NCBI RefSeq assembly: GCF_000014785.1
Contig: NC_008340.1
Coordinates: forward strand, 1,560,001-1,592,000
From: Alkalilimnicola ehrlichii MLHE-1
Lineage (GTDB): Bacteria; Pseudomonadota; Gammaproteobacteria; Nitrococcales; Halorhodospiraceae
Reading direction: 5' to 3'
Length of the DNA stretch: 32,000 bases
In this document: piece by piece, positions 1 through 8,956 of the stretch
Numbering within the stretch: position 1 is the stretch's first letter
Layout: every line of letters begins with the position of its first letter
The notes under the pieces: model-generated
What the model saw: only the letters and a program-made list of their open reading frames with translations
Databases searched by the model: none
What the model was told of the DNA's origin: nothing
Program-made: the position numbers and the translations under genes

Positions 1-855
1 CTCGGGGAGGCGCTCTCCCGCGAATCCGGTCATCGGGTGAGAGTGACCCACTCGGTGCGCAAGGAGCGCCGCCGCTGGCTTGAGATGGCGTTGACCAACG
101 CCCGCCACGCCCTGACCGCGCGTACCTCCACTCAGGCGATGGCCCTGCACCGCCTGGAGGCCTTACAGGATGCGCTGCAACTCCCGGCACTGCCGGAGCG
201 CATTGAGTGCTTCGATATCAGCCACACCCGGGGCGAGGCTACCGTGGCCGCCTGTGTGGTGTTCAACCAGGACGGCCCGCTGAAGTCCGACTACCGCCGG
301 TTCAATATCCGTGGTATCACCCCGGGGGACGATTACGCCGCCATGCGCCAGGCCCTCAGTCGGCGTTATCAGCGCTTGAAAAAGGGCGAGGGCGTGCTGC
401 CGGATATCCTGCTGATCGATGGGGGCAAGGGCCAGGTGGCGCAGGCCGAGGCCGTCCTGGAGGAGTTGCAGGTGGACGATGTCTACCTGGTGGGGATCGC
501 CAAGGGCCCGGAGCGGCGCCCCGGCGAGGAGACCCTGATACTATCTGATGAGGACGGACGCGAGAAAACCCTGGGACCGGATGCCCCGGCGTTGCAGTTG
601 TTGCAGCAGGTGCGGGACGAGGCGCACCGCTTTGCCATTGCCGGCCACCGGCAACAGCGGGGCAAGGCGCGGACCCGCTCGGCGCTGGAGGACATTCCCG
701 GGCTGGGCCCCAAGCGACGCCAGGCCCTGTTGCGCCACTTTGGAGGCCTGAAGGCGGTCGCCCGGGCCGGGGTGGAGGACCTGGCCCGCACCCCGGGCAT
801 CAGTCGGGCCCTGGCGCAGAAGGTCTACGATCATTACCACGGAGATAGCGGTTAA
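1..855 (+). CDS. uvrC: Excinuclease ABC subunit C, C-terminal part (5' end outside window)
   Basis: Open frame runs from base 1 (LGEALSRESGHRVRV...). UvrC homology domain motifs ECFDISHTRGEATVAACVVF and DILLIDGGKGQV, plus C-terminal HhH region LEDIPGLGPKRRQALLRHFGG. Upstream neighbour of pgsA, as in E. coli. Confidence 0.97.
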   Translation, partial: LGEALSRESGHRVRVTHSVRKERRRWLEMALTNARHALTARTSTQAMALHRLEALQDALQLPALPERIECFDISHTRGEATVAACVVFNQDGPLKSDYRRFNIRGITPGDDYAAMRQALSRRYQRLKKGEGVLPDILLIDGGKGQVAQAEAVLEELQVDDVYLVGIAKGPERRPGEETLILSDEDGREKTLGPDAPALQLLQQVRDEAHRFAIAGHRQQRGKARTRSALEDIPGLGPKRRQALLRHFGGLKAVARAGVEDLARTPGISRALAQKVYDHYHGDSG

Positions 856-858
856 ACC

Positions 859-1410
859 ATGCAGTTGAACTGGCCCAACGCCCTGACCCTGTTCCGGATT
901 GCGCTGATCCCGGTGCTGGGGCTGTGCTTCTTGCTCCCGGCACCCTGGATGAACGTGCTGGCGGTGATCGTGTTCAGCGCGGCGGCCGTCACCGACTGGC
1001 TGGACGGCTACCTGGCGCGCCGGCTGCAGCAGACCTCCGCCTTCGGGGCGTTCCTGGACCCAGTGGCCGACAAGCTAATGGTCGCGGTCGCCCTGGTGGC
1101 GCTGGTCGCGGTGCATCCGGGGCCCTGGCTCGCCGTGCCGGCCAGCATCATCATCGGCCGTGAGATTGCCGTGTCCGCCCTGCGTGAGTGGATGGCGAAC
1201 CTCGGGGCCCGGGCCAGCGTGGCGGTGAGCATGGCCGGCAAGGTCAAGACGACCGCCCAGATGGCGGCCATCATCATGCTGTTATACGGTCAATCGCTGG
1301 GCCCGATCCCGCTCTTTGAGCTGGGCGTGGTGCTCCTTTACGTGGCGGCGGTGCTGACCGTATACTCCATGGCGCTGTATCTGAGGGCGGCCTGGGAGCA
1401 GCTCGCGTAG
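859..1410 (+). CDS. pgsA: CDP-diacylglycerol--glycerol-3-phosphate 3-phosphatidyltransferase
   Basis: MNxPNxLTxxRI N-terminus and CDP-alcohol phosphotransferase motif DWLDGYLARRLQQTSAFGAFLDPVADK; starts 3 nt after the uvrC stop. Confidence 0.96.
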   Translation: MQLNWPNALTLFRIALIPVLGLCFLLPAPWMNVLAVIVFSAAAVTDWLDGYLARRLQQTSAFGAFLDPVADKLMVAVALVALVAVHPGPWLAVPASIIIGREIAVSALREWMANLGARASVAVSMAGKVKTTAQMAAIIMLLYGQSLGPIPLFELGVVLLYVAAVLTVYSMALYLRAAWEQLA

Positions 1411-1456
1411 CGCCCCGCCGGGTTCGGCCCCCGCCACTGCGGCAGCGCAGCAGGGG

Positions 1457-1484
1457 TTGACACACCTTCAGAGGGCTGTAAAAT
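1457..1484 (+). promoter_or_regulatory. Sigma70-type promoter of the tRNA cluster (TTGACA-16 nt-TAAAAT)
   Basis: TTGACA at 1457-1462, TAAAAT at 1479-1484, 16 nt spacer, 16 nt upstream of tRNA-Gly. Confidence 0.8.
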
Positions 1485-1500
1485 ACGCACCCACAACGCA

Positions 1501-1576
<76 letters not shown>

Positions 1577-1583
1577 AACAGCC

Positions 1584-1610
1584 AGAAGCCCCGGCCAGTC
1601 CGGGGCTTCT
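1584..1610 (+). terminator. 11-bp perfect hairpin between tRNA-Gly and tRNA-Cys (terminator-like or processing hairpin)
   Basis: AGAAGCCCCGG-CCAGT-CCGGGGCTTCT followed by CTCGTT; weak U tract. Confidence 0.5.
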
Positions 1611-1704
1611 CTCGTTACGGCCGGGGTGGAGGGCCTCTCGCTCGGCCTCCGGGCCAGGTCGGGCCTCGCAATTTTGCGCCCAGGCTGTTAAGATCTCGCG
1701 CGAT

Positions 1705-1778
1705 GGCTAGGTGGCAGAGTGGTGATGCAGCGGCCTGCAAAGCCGTGTACCTCGGTTCGATTCCGGGCCTAGCCTCCA
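1705..1778 (+). tRNA. cysT: tRNA-Cys (anticodon GCA)
   Basis: ggctaggtggcagagtggtgatgcagcggcctgcaaagccgtgtacctcggttcgattccgggcctagcctcca; GCA anticodon, encoded CCA. Confidence 0.96.
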
Positions 1779-1829
1779 TCTCCCACGCCCCGGCTGCCCC
1801 GGCAGGGGCGACTCCCGCAGGACCATCCC

Positions 1830-1915
1830 GCCCGGATGGCGGAATTGGTAGACGCAGGGGACTTAAAATCCCCCGGCTTTAAGCCGTGCCGGTTCAAGTC
1901 CGGCTCCGGGCACCA
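1830..1915 (+). tRNA. leuZ: tRNA-Leu (anticodon TAA)
   Basis: gcccggatggcggaattggtagacgcaggggacttaaaatcccccggctttaagccgtgccggttcaagtccggctccgggcacca; long variable arm, TAA anticodon, encoded CCA. Confidence 0.97.
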
Positions 1916-1989
1916 GCCACGCCCTTTCCCCGCACCGTCCACCCCTGCGTGCAACCGCTGCCCCGACCGGGGTCAACCGCGGTACCCGC

Positions 1990-2670
1990 TCATCCATCAT
2001 CCTCCAGGCGTCGCCAGAGGTAGCGCCCCAGCCCCCAGGCACCCAGTAGCATCAGGGCGGTGACCAGTAACGCCCAAAAGGCCTCGCCGGCGGTTGGCAT
2101 GCGCGCGTAATGCAACAACACCTGGGTGATCACCATGATGACGAGCGTGGAGGGCAGCAGCCCCGCCGCCGTCCCGAGCAGGAAGTCGTGGAAACGCAGA
2201 CGCGTGGTGCCAGCCACCAGGTTGATCACGATATGGGGCAGCAGCGGGAAGAGATTGACCAGTATCACGCTGCGGACGCCGTGTCGGGCAAGCGCCCGGT
2301 TCAGGCGTTCAATACGGGGGCCGGCATGGCGCTGTACCAGGCCCTCCCCGAACAGCCGCCCGGCCAGGTAACCCAGCAATGCGCCGAAGACCGTGGCCGT
2401 GTAGGCGACCACGAAGCCCTGCCAGGCCCCGAGCAGGATAACGCTGAGCGCGACCAGCACCAGGTGCGGCAGGGCAAGCTGCTGCGCCACAACGATCAGG
2501 GCGAAGACCAGCCAGGGGAACCAGCCGGTGTCGGCAAACCGCTGGCCCAGCGCCTGCACCCGATCGGGGTGCCAGCCCTCCCCCGGGGACAGGAGGAACC
2601 AGAGGAGCGCAAGGGCGCCGACGGCCAGTAACAGCCCCAGCAGCAGGTGTGGCCGGCTAGCGGGCCGCAT
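1990..2670 (-). CDS. TVP38/TMEM64 (VTT domain, DedA superfamily) membrane protein
   Basis: Multi-TM; AYTATVFGALLGYLAGRLFGE and LVNLFPLLPHIVINLVAGTTRLRFHDFLLGTAAGLLPSTLV match the VTT/SNARE-assoc pattern. Confidence 0.85.
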   Translation of the reverse strand: MRPASRPHLLLGLLLAVGALALLWFLLSPGEGWHPDRVQALGQRFADTGWFPWLVFALIVVAQQLALPHLVLVALSVILLGAWQGFVVAYTATVFGALLGYLAGRLFGEGLVQRHAGPRIERLNRALARHGVRSVILVNLFPLLPHIVINLVAGTTRLRFHDFLLGTAAGLLPSTLVIMVITQVLLHYARMPTAGEAFWALLVTALMLLGAWGLGRYLWRRLEDDG

Positions 2671-3265
2671 GGGACCACCGAAGAAGATAGGTCACCAGCA
2701 GGTGGGTCGCGCCCCAGAGCAGGGTGCTGGCGGTTAACAGTGCGGCCAACCAAAGCCAGGGCGGCATTAGTTGCTGAGGCTCGCTGATCCCGAACACCCA
2801 GTTGATGTTCTGCTCCGGCGTGGACAGCAGATAGCTGGCCACCAGCAGTGTCCAGCCCACCGGTGGCCAGCAGAGGACGGCGCGCCGGTCGTAGCCAAGG
2901 CGCACCACCAGCCATAGGAGCAGGAAGGGCAACACCGCATGGTAGAGCGAGAGTGCGCGGATGAACGGTGGGATGTCCGGATCAAACATATAGGCGGTGA
3001 CGCCCAGCGGCGGTTCACCGCCCAGCACAAGACCGCTGAGGAAGCCCATAATCCAGCCCAGCTCCGGGACCAGAACGGCGATCAGCAGGCTGCTCAGGAT
3101 CAGCCGGTGCCCCAGCCAAACCCCAGCCAGTCCGAGGAGCAGCGCCGCGTTCGAGAACCAGAGGAAGTTGGCAGGGCCGTACCACCAGAAATAGGCTGGC
3201 ACCAGCACCGCGACGAAGCCCAGATAACCCCACTTCAGCCACCCGGGTATGGTGGATGACGGCAT
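2657..3265 (-). CDS. Uncharacterised multi-pass membrane protein
   Basis: Long ORF with several hydrophobic segments; start chosen at MPSSTIPGWLKWGYLG (ORF track gives 3286). Its 3' end overlaps the start of the VTT-domain gene. Confidence 0.65.
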   Translation of the reverse strand: MPSSTIPGWLKWGYLGFVAVLVPAYFWWYGPANFLWFSNAALLLGLAGVWLGHRLILSSLLIAVLVPELGWIMGFLSGLVLGGEPPLGVTAYMFDPDIPPFIRALSLYHAVLPFLLLWLVVRLGYDRRAVLCWPPVGWTLLVASYLLSTPEQNINWVFGISEPQQLMPPWLWLAALLTASTLLWGATHLLVTYLLRWSHAAR

Positions 3266-3459
3266 GCCTGCACCCTCCAGTACCATGACCGTGCCCGTGC
3301 CTCCGGCGGGAAGTGTCAGCGGCTATTGCACATACTGTGGCAGATACCGGCATCATAGCGTCGTGGGCGCTATCGCCCAATGCCCATTCCGTCCGGGCAC
3401 TACCAGGCTTCCGCGGCCGCGAGACCGGTGGTCGGCAGCCGCCGTCAGGGGAGGGAAAC

Positions 3460-4089
3460 GTGCTGGAACTGGCCACCATCGCCTTCGCCACCTTTTTCAT
3501 TACCATCGGTCCGGTGGACGTGGCCTTCGTCTATGCCGCGCTCACCACCCGGCTGAGCCTGGCTCAGCGCCGACGGATGGCCGTGCGGGGCACATTGATC
3601 GCCACTCTGATCCTGTTGCCCGTCCTGTTCTTTGGTGAGGCCGCATTGGCCTGGCTGGGGATCTCCTTTCCGGCGCTGCAGACCGCGGGCGGCATCCTGC
3701 TATTGCTGATTGGCATCGATATGGTCTTTGCCCGCATGTCCGGTGGCATTTCGACCACGGAGGAGGAGACCCGTGAGGCCCAGGGCCGGGACGATATCTC
3801 GGTCTTTCCACTGGCCACCCCGTTGATCGCCGGGCCGGGCGCCATGGGTGCCGCGGTGCTGATGGCCGGACGCGCTGGTGACGACTGGTGGGCCCAGGGG
3901 GTGGTGCTGGCGGCCCTGTTGGTGGTGCTGGCACTGATGCTCGTGTGCCTGCTGGTTGCGGTGCAGATTCAGCGGTTCTTGGGCACCACCGGGGCGCATG
4001 TGGTCACCCGCGTCTTCGGCGTGTTGCTATGCGCCCTGGCCGTGCAGTTTATTTTCGACGGTCTGGCGGACAGCGGTCTGGTGGGCTGA
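3460..4089 (+). CDS. MarC family integral membrane protein
   Basis: LELATIAFATFFITIGPVDVAFVYAALT...LLLLIGIDMVFA...VFPLATPLIAGPGAMGAAVLM; GTG start at 3460 preceded by a purine-rich RBS (aggggaggg). The ORF-track start at 3313 looks too early. Confidence 0.85.
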   Translation: MLELATIAFATFFITIGPVDVAFVYAALTTRLSLAQRRRMAVRGTLIATLILLPVLFFGEAALAWLGISFPALQTAGGILLLLIGIDMVFARMSGGISTTEEETREAQGRDDISVFPLATPLIAGPGAMGAAVLMAGRAGDDWWAQGVVLAALLVVLALMLVCLLVAVQIQRFLGTTGAHVVTRVFGVLLCALAVQFIFDGLADSGLVG

Positions 4090-4951
4090 GGGGGGTGCGT
4101 TCACTACGGGTAGCCCGGAGCAGCACGGCATCCATCCAGCGGGTGGAGAGCAGGCGACGGAGCAGCCCGAACAGGTGGGTGGGCACGGTCACGTAATAGC
4201 GCGGTCGGGGGCGGCGTGCCTCCAGGGCGTGGATCAGCTTGTCCACCACGGCATCGGCCCGCCGGGTGAAGGGCGTGGCCGCCCCCTCTCCGGCCAGGCG
4301 GGCGGCCACGGCCCGGTAGGTTTCGGCGTGGGCGCTGTGTTCGGTATCGATATGGCGTAGGAAGGCCTGATAGGCGTTGTCGCGGAAGCGGCTGGTGATG
4401 GGGCCAGGCTCGATCAGACTGACGTGAATACCGCTACCCCGGAGCTCCTGTCGCAGGGCGTCGGTGAGCCCCTCAAGCGCGAACTTGGAGCAGACATAGG
4501 CGCCCCGGAAGGGGAGGGCGGCAAAGCCCAGCACGGAACTGTTCTGCACGATGCGTCCGCCGCCCTGGGCCCGCATTACCGGGATGACGCGGCGGGTCAG
4601 CTCGTGGGTGCCCAGCACGTTGGTCTCCAGCTGTGCCCGCAGCGCCGCCCGGCTGAGGTCCTCAACGGCGCCCGGCTGGCCATAGGCGCCGTTGTTGAAC
4701 AGGGCATCCAGGCGGCCGCCGGTACGCTCGAGCGCCGCCGCCAGGCCCTTACGGATTGAGTCATCGTCGTCCAGGTCCAGTTGCTCCGCCTGCAGGCCCT
4801 CGCGGCGCAGTCGCGCCACGTCCCCGGCGCGACGGGCGCTCGCCACCACCTGCCAGCCCCGCCGGGCCAATCGGTGGGCAGCGGCATGGCCGATGCCGCT
4901 GGAGCAGCCGGTGATGAGAATGCTCGGCCGTATCGCGCTGTTCTCGTCCAT
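4049..4951 (-). CDS. Short-chain dehydrogenase/reductase (SDR) family oxidoreductase
   Basis: ILITGCSSGIGHAAAHRLA (TGxxxGIG), FNNGAYG (NNAG-like), SSVLGFAALPFRGAYVCSKFAL (S...YxxxK). Start set at MDENSAIRPS. Confidence 0.9.
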   Translation of the reverse strand: MDENSAIRPSILITGCSSGIGHAAAHRLARRGWQVVASARRAGDVARLRREGLQAEQLDLDDDDSIRKGLAAALERTGGRLDALFNNGAYGQPGAVEDLSRAALRAQLETNVLGTHELTRRVIPVMRAQGGGRIVQNSSVLGFAALPFRGAYVCSKFALEGLTDALRQELRGSGIHVSLIEPGPITSRFRDNAYQAFLRHIDTEHSAHAETYRAVAARLAGEGAATPFTRRADAVVDKLIHALEARRPRPRYYVTVPTHLFGLLRRLLSTRWMDAVLLRATRSERTPLSPPDRCPPDRRK

Positions 4952-4989
4952 GGATTCCTCCCTGTGGCTTCGCCTGTCGCCGCGGTCGC

Positions 4990-6117
4990 TCACTCCGGCC
5001 GCCTCAGCTCCATGTGCAGATCGATGGTATGCAGCAGTTGATGGCGGTCGATCCAACCCAACACGCGGCGCCCCTCCATCACCGGGAGCTGATTGAGGTT
5101 GTGCTCGGTGATCAGTTGTAGGACCTGGGCCGCGTCGGTCTCCGGCGTCGCACTGACCAGGGCCTCCGCCGGGGTCATGATGTCGTCGACGCGGGTGGTG
5201 GCCCACTGCGCCTGTGGCACCGCCCGGGCATCGGAGAGAGAGACCAGCCCATGGGCGTGCTCGCGATTGCCAACGATATGGGCGCGCTGCCCCCCCGGCA
5301 GCACCTGGTGATGGACCCAGTCACTGACGGCTGTCCCGGGCTCGACCTGGGGGATGTCGGGCCGCGCCAGATCGCGGGCCCGCACCCCGGAAAGGCGCTC
5401 GCGCAGGTCGAACATTCGCCCCTGGGCCTGGGCCATATTGAACAGGAACCAGGCGATCAGGGTGATCCACAACCCCCCGATTAGGTTGCCCAGCACCAGG
5501 ATGTTCCACAAGGCCAGGGCAAACAGCCCGTAGGCGACCAGCCGGCCACCCGCCACGGCGGCCTCGATCCCCTTGCGCGCGCTGCCGGTGAACTTCCAGA
5601 CCGCGGCGCGGAAGACCCGTCCGCCATCCAGCGGGAAGCCGGGGATGAGGTTGAACACGGCCACCACCAGGTTGATCACCGCCAACCAGCCCAGGGCCAC
5701 GGTCAGCGGCTCAAAAATCCCCGCCGTGATCTGGGCCAGGGCGGCGAAAAGCAGCGCCAGGGCAAAACTGACCGCGGGTCCGGCAATGGCGATCCAGAAC
5801 TCATCATCGGGGCTGTCGGCATCGCGGCTCATCTGGGCCACCCCGCCGAAGATGAACAGGGTGATGGCCTTGACCGGGACCCCACGACGGATGGCCACCA
5901 GGCTGTGGCCGAGTTCGTGGGCGACGATGGAGGCGAAAAAGGTGAGCGACGTGAACAGCGCCGTGAGTATGGCTACCGGCAGCGGCCAATGATCGTAGTG
6001 GTGGTGAAACCCGGCACTCATGGTGACCAGAAGCAGGGCAAAGATGACCAGCCAGCTGACGTGCACCTCCAGCCGGATGCCCCGGTAGTACCCCAGCACC
6101 AGCACTGATTTGAACAT
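4990..6117 (-). CDS. Site-2 protease family (M50) metalloprotease with CBS domains
   Basis: HELGHSLVAIRRGVPV zinc motif, NLIPGFPLDGGRVFRA second metal motif, C-terminal CBS-like VDDIMTPAEALVSATPETDAAQVLQLITEHNLNQLPVMEGRRVLGWIDR. Start set at MFKSVLVLGYYRG. Confidence 0.9.
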   Translation of the reverse strand: MFKSVLVLGYYRGIRLEVHVSWLVIFALLLVTMSAGFHHHYDHWPLPVAILTALFTSLTFFASIVAHELGHSLVAIRRGVPVKAITLFIFGGVAQMSRDADSPDDEFWIAIAGPAVSFALALLFAALAQITAGIFEPLTVALGWLAVINLVVAVFNLIPGFPLDGGRVFRAAVWKFTGSARKGIEAAVAGGRLVAYGLFALALWNILVLGNLIGGLWITLIAWFLFNMAQAQGRMFDLRERLSGVRARDLARPDIPQVEPGTAVSDWVHHQVLPGGQRAHIVGNREHAHGLVSLSDARAVPQAQWATTRVDDIMTPAEALVSATPETDAAQVLQLITEHNLNQLPVMEGRRVLGWIDRHQLLHTIDLHMELRRPE

Positions 6118-6222
6118 GATCACACTCCCGGCCTCGGCTCCATGCCCCGATCTTACCGCCCGCTGTGCCCGCCTCATAATCTCCGACTATCCTCCAAGGG
6201 AGAGACTAAATCGGTATGACTA

Positions 6223-7143
6223 ATGCGATTTCCGATGGGACAAGCGGGTGCTTCAGGAGACGGGGTGCCGAGCTTCGCGGATACGGCCACATTGCGCTGG
6301 ATGGGGGATATCTCCCCCTACGCGGTGCTGCTGGTGGACGGCGACGGTGCCATCCGGCAGGCGAATGCCAAGGCCGGCACCCTGTTCGGCTACGGGGCCG
6401 AGGAGATGGTGGGACTCTCCATCGAAACCCTGGTACCGGAGGGCGATCGCCAGCGTCACGGTGAGTTGCGGGAGACTTACCTGGCCGCGCCCCGGGAGCG
6501 GCCGATGGGGGCCGGCCGGGAGTTGCAGGCCCTGCACCGCAGCGGTGAGGTGATCCCGGTGGAGATCGCGCTCGTGCCGGTGGACGTCGCCGGTACCCGG
6601 ATGGTGATGGTCTCCGCGATTGATCTCAGCGTGCGTAAGGCGCTGGAGGCGCAGCTGCACCATCAGGCCAACCACGATCCACTGACCGGGCTGGTCAACC
6701 GCTACCATTTCGAGGAACTGCTCGCGCGGGAGATCGAGCGTGGCCAGCGCTATGGTGGCGGCTTCGCGCTGATCATGCTTGACATTGACCACTTCAAGGC
6801 GGTGAATGACACCTACGGCCACCTGGAAGGTGATAAGGTGTTGCGGCGGTTTGCCGAAGAGCTGACCGGCAAGATCCGCGCCGCGGATACGCTGGCGCGC
6901 TGGGGTGGGGAGGAGTTCATGCTGCTGCTACCCGGTACCGACATCGCCGGTGCCCGGGCCCTGGCCGAGGCGATCCGGGTGGCGGTCAACGGCTGCCGGA
7001 TGCCGGTTCCGGGGCAGGTGACCGTCAGCCTCGGCGTCACCGGTTATCGGAACGGGGAATCGGTATGGGGGCTGCTCAAACGGGTTGATGAGGCCTTATA
7101 TGCCGCCAAGCTGGCAGGACGGGACCAGGTGGTGGTTCTGTGA
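6223..7143 (+). CDS. PAS domain-containing diguanylate cyclase (GGDEF)
   Basis: N-terminal PAS-like region; GGDEF domain HQANHDPLTGLVNRYHFEELL, MLDIDHFKAVNDTYGHLEGDKVL, RAADTLARWGGEEFMLLLP with RxxD I-site. Confidence 0.92.
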   Translation: MRFPMGQAGASGDGVPSFADTATLRWMGDISPYAVLLVDGDGAIRQANAKAGTLFGYGAEEMVGLSIETLVPEGDRQRHGELRETYLAAPRERPMGAGRELQALHRSGEVIPVEIALVPVDVAGTRMVMVSAIDLSVRKALEAQLHHQANHDPLTGLVNRYHFEELLAREIERGQRYGGGFALIMLDIDHFKAVNDTYGHLEGDKVLRRFAEELTGKIRAADTLARWGGEEFMLLLPGTDIAGARALAEAIRVAVNGCRMPVPGQVTVSLGVTGYRNGESVWGLLKRVDEALYAAKLAGRDQVVVL

Positions 7144-7152
7144 GGAGGGCCA

Positions 7153-8949
7153 TTGACAGTCGCCGGGCCAAAACGCCTGGAGGCCCTTCGGCCGTTGCTG
7201 GCCTTCCTGCGCCGCTACCGGCTCCGGGTGACGGCGGCGGTGGCCGCGCTGCTGGTGGCTGCCGGCAGCGTGCTGACCTTGGGCCAGGCCCTGCGGTTGG
7301 TGGTGGACCGGGGCTTCCTCGGCGAGGACCCTGCGGAGCTGAATCGCCTGCTACTGCTGGCCATGACCGTTATCCTGATCATGGCCCTGGCCTCGGCGCT
7401 GCGGTACTACTTGGTCTCCTGGATCGGTGAACGGGTGGCGGCGGACCTACGCACGGCCGTGTTTGATCACGTCACCCACCTGGAGCCCGCCTTTTTCGAG
7501 TTGAACGGGGTGGGCGAGATTCAGTCCCGCCTGACCACCGACACCAGCGTGCTGCAGACCATCCTGGGCTCGTCCTTTTCGATCGCGGTGCGCAACCTCC
7601 TGCTACTCGCGGGGGCCGTGGTCATGCTCTTCATCACCAGCCCTCGCTTGACCGCCTTCGTGCTGTTGAGTCTCCCCCTGGTCCTGATTCCCATCCTCTA
7701 CTTCGGCCGGCGGGTGCGGCGGCTCTCCCGCGCGAGTCAGGACCGGGTGGCCGATGTGGGCAGCTATGCCGGTGAGACCCTGCACGCCATCCGCACGGTG
7801 CAGGCCTTCGGCCATGAGGCTGCCGACCGCAGGCGTTTCCGCCGCCATGTGGATGCGGCCTTCGCCACCGCCGTGCGCCGGGTGCGCCAGCGGGCCTGGC
7901 TGGTGGGCATGGCCATGATGCTCGCCTTCACCGCCGTGGGCATCATTCTCTGGCAGGGTGGCCACGACGTTCTCGCCGGGCGTATGAGCGCCGGTGAACT
8001 GGCCGCCTTCGTGTTCTATGCCGTGTTGGCGGCCGGGGCCACCGGTGCGGTCTCCGAGGTGGTCGGGGAGCTTTACCGGGCCGCCGGGGCGACGGAACGG
8101 CTGACGGAACTGTTGCGCAACCAGCCGCGCATCCGCGCCCCGGCACGGCCGGTGCCGCCGCCACAACCGCTGCGCGGTGCCATCAGCCTGGAGGGTGTCG
8201 CTTTCGCCTACCCGGGGCGGCCGCAACAGCGGGTGCTGGACCGGGTGGACCTGAGGGTGGCCGCGGGTGAGCGGGTCGCCCTGGTGGGGCCCTCCGGCGC
8301 CGGCAAAAGCACGGTGTTCGCGTTGCTGCTGCGTTTCTACGACCCGATTGAGGGCCGGGTGTGCCTGGATGGCGTGGACCTGAAGGCGATGGATCCGAAG
8401 GCAGTGCGCGCTGCGATCGGGCTGGTGGCCCAGGAGCCCACCCTCTTTACCGGGACGGCGTGGGAGAACATCCGCTATGGCCGGGAGGATGCGGACGATG
8501 CTGACGTCCGCCGGGCCGCGGAGGCGGCCCATTGCACTGAGTTCCTGCAGCAACTGCCCGAGGGGTTCGATACCCCCCTGGGACCGGGCGGGGTTCAGCT
8601 CTCCGGCGGTCAGCGCCAGCGCATCGCCATTGCCCGGGCCATCCTGCGCGACCCGGCGTTACTGCTGCTGGATGAGGCCACCAGTAACCTGGACGCCGAC
8701 AGCGAGGCGCGCATCCAGTCGGCGCTCGAGGATCTGATGCGCGAGCGGACCAGCCTGGTGATTGCCCACCGCCTGGCCACGGTACAGTCGGCGGACCGTA
8801 TCGTGGTGATGCAGTCCGGCCGGATCCAGGCGGAGGGCAGCCACCGTCAGTTGCTGCGCGACAGCCCGCTGTACGCGCACCTGGCGGCCCTGCAGTTCGG
8901 CAGTGACCCGGATGGAGGGTCTCCAGGGGCTGCACAGCCTGTGGGGTAA
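7153..8949 (+). CDS. ABC transporter, fused transmembrane and ATP-binding domains (MsbA/LapB-type exporter)
   Basis: TTG start after gaggaggg; Walker A GPSGAGKST, signature LSGGQRQRIAIARAIL, Walker B LLLLDEATSNLD, H-loop IAHRL; six-TM N-terminal half. Confidence 0.93.
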   Translation: MTVAGPKRLEALRPLLAFLRRYRLRVTAAVAALLVAAGSVLTLGQALRLVVDRGFLGEDPAELNRLLLLAMTVILIMALASALRYYLVSWIGERVAADLRTAVFDHVTHLEPAFFELNGVGEIQSRLTTDTSVLQTILGSSFSIAVRNLLLLAGAVVMLFITSPRLTAFVLLSLPLVLIPILYFGRRVRRLSRASQDRVADVGSYAGETLHAIRTVQAFGHEAADRRRFRRHVDAAFATAVRRVRQRAWLVGMAMMLAFTAVGIILWQGGHDVLAGRMSAGELAAFVFYAVLAAGATGAVSEVVGELYRAAGATERLTELLRNQPRIRAPARPVPPPQPLRGAISLEGVAFAYPGRPQQRVLDRVDLRVAAGERVALVGPSGAGKSTVFALLLRFYDPIEGRVCLDGVDLKAMDPKAVRAAIGLVAQEPTLFTGTAWENIRYGREDADDADVRRAAEAAHCTEFLQQLPEGFDTPLGPGGVQLSGGQRQRIAIARAILRDPALLLLDEATSNLDADSEARIQSALEDLMRERTSLVIAHRLATVQSADRIVVMQSGRIQAEGSHRQLLRDSPLYAHLAALQFGSDPDGGSPGAAQPVG

Positions 8950-8956
8950 GGCGCAG

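Noticed and set aside
3365-3378. GGGCG-CTAT-CGCCC palindrome upstream of marC
   Set aside because: Only 5-bp arms in very GC-rich sequence; expected by chance.
7603-8553. 316-aa minus-strand ORF antisense to the ABC transporter
   Set aside because: No domain motifs; His/Gly/Pro-rich mirror translation of a high-GC gene.
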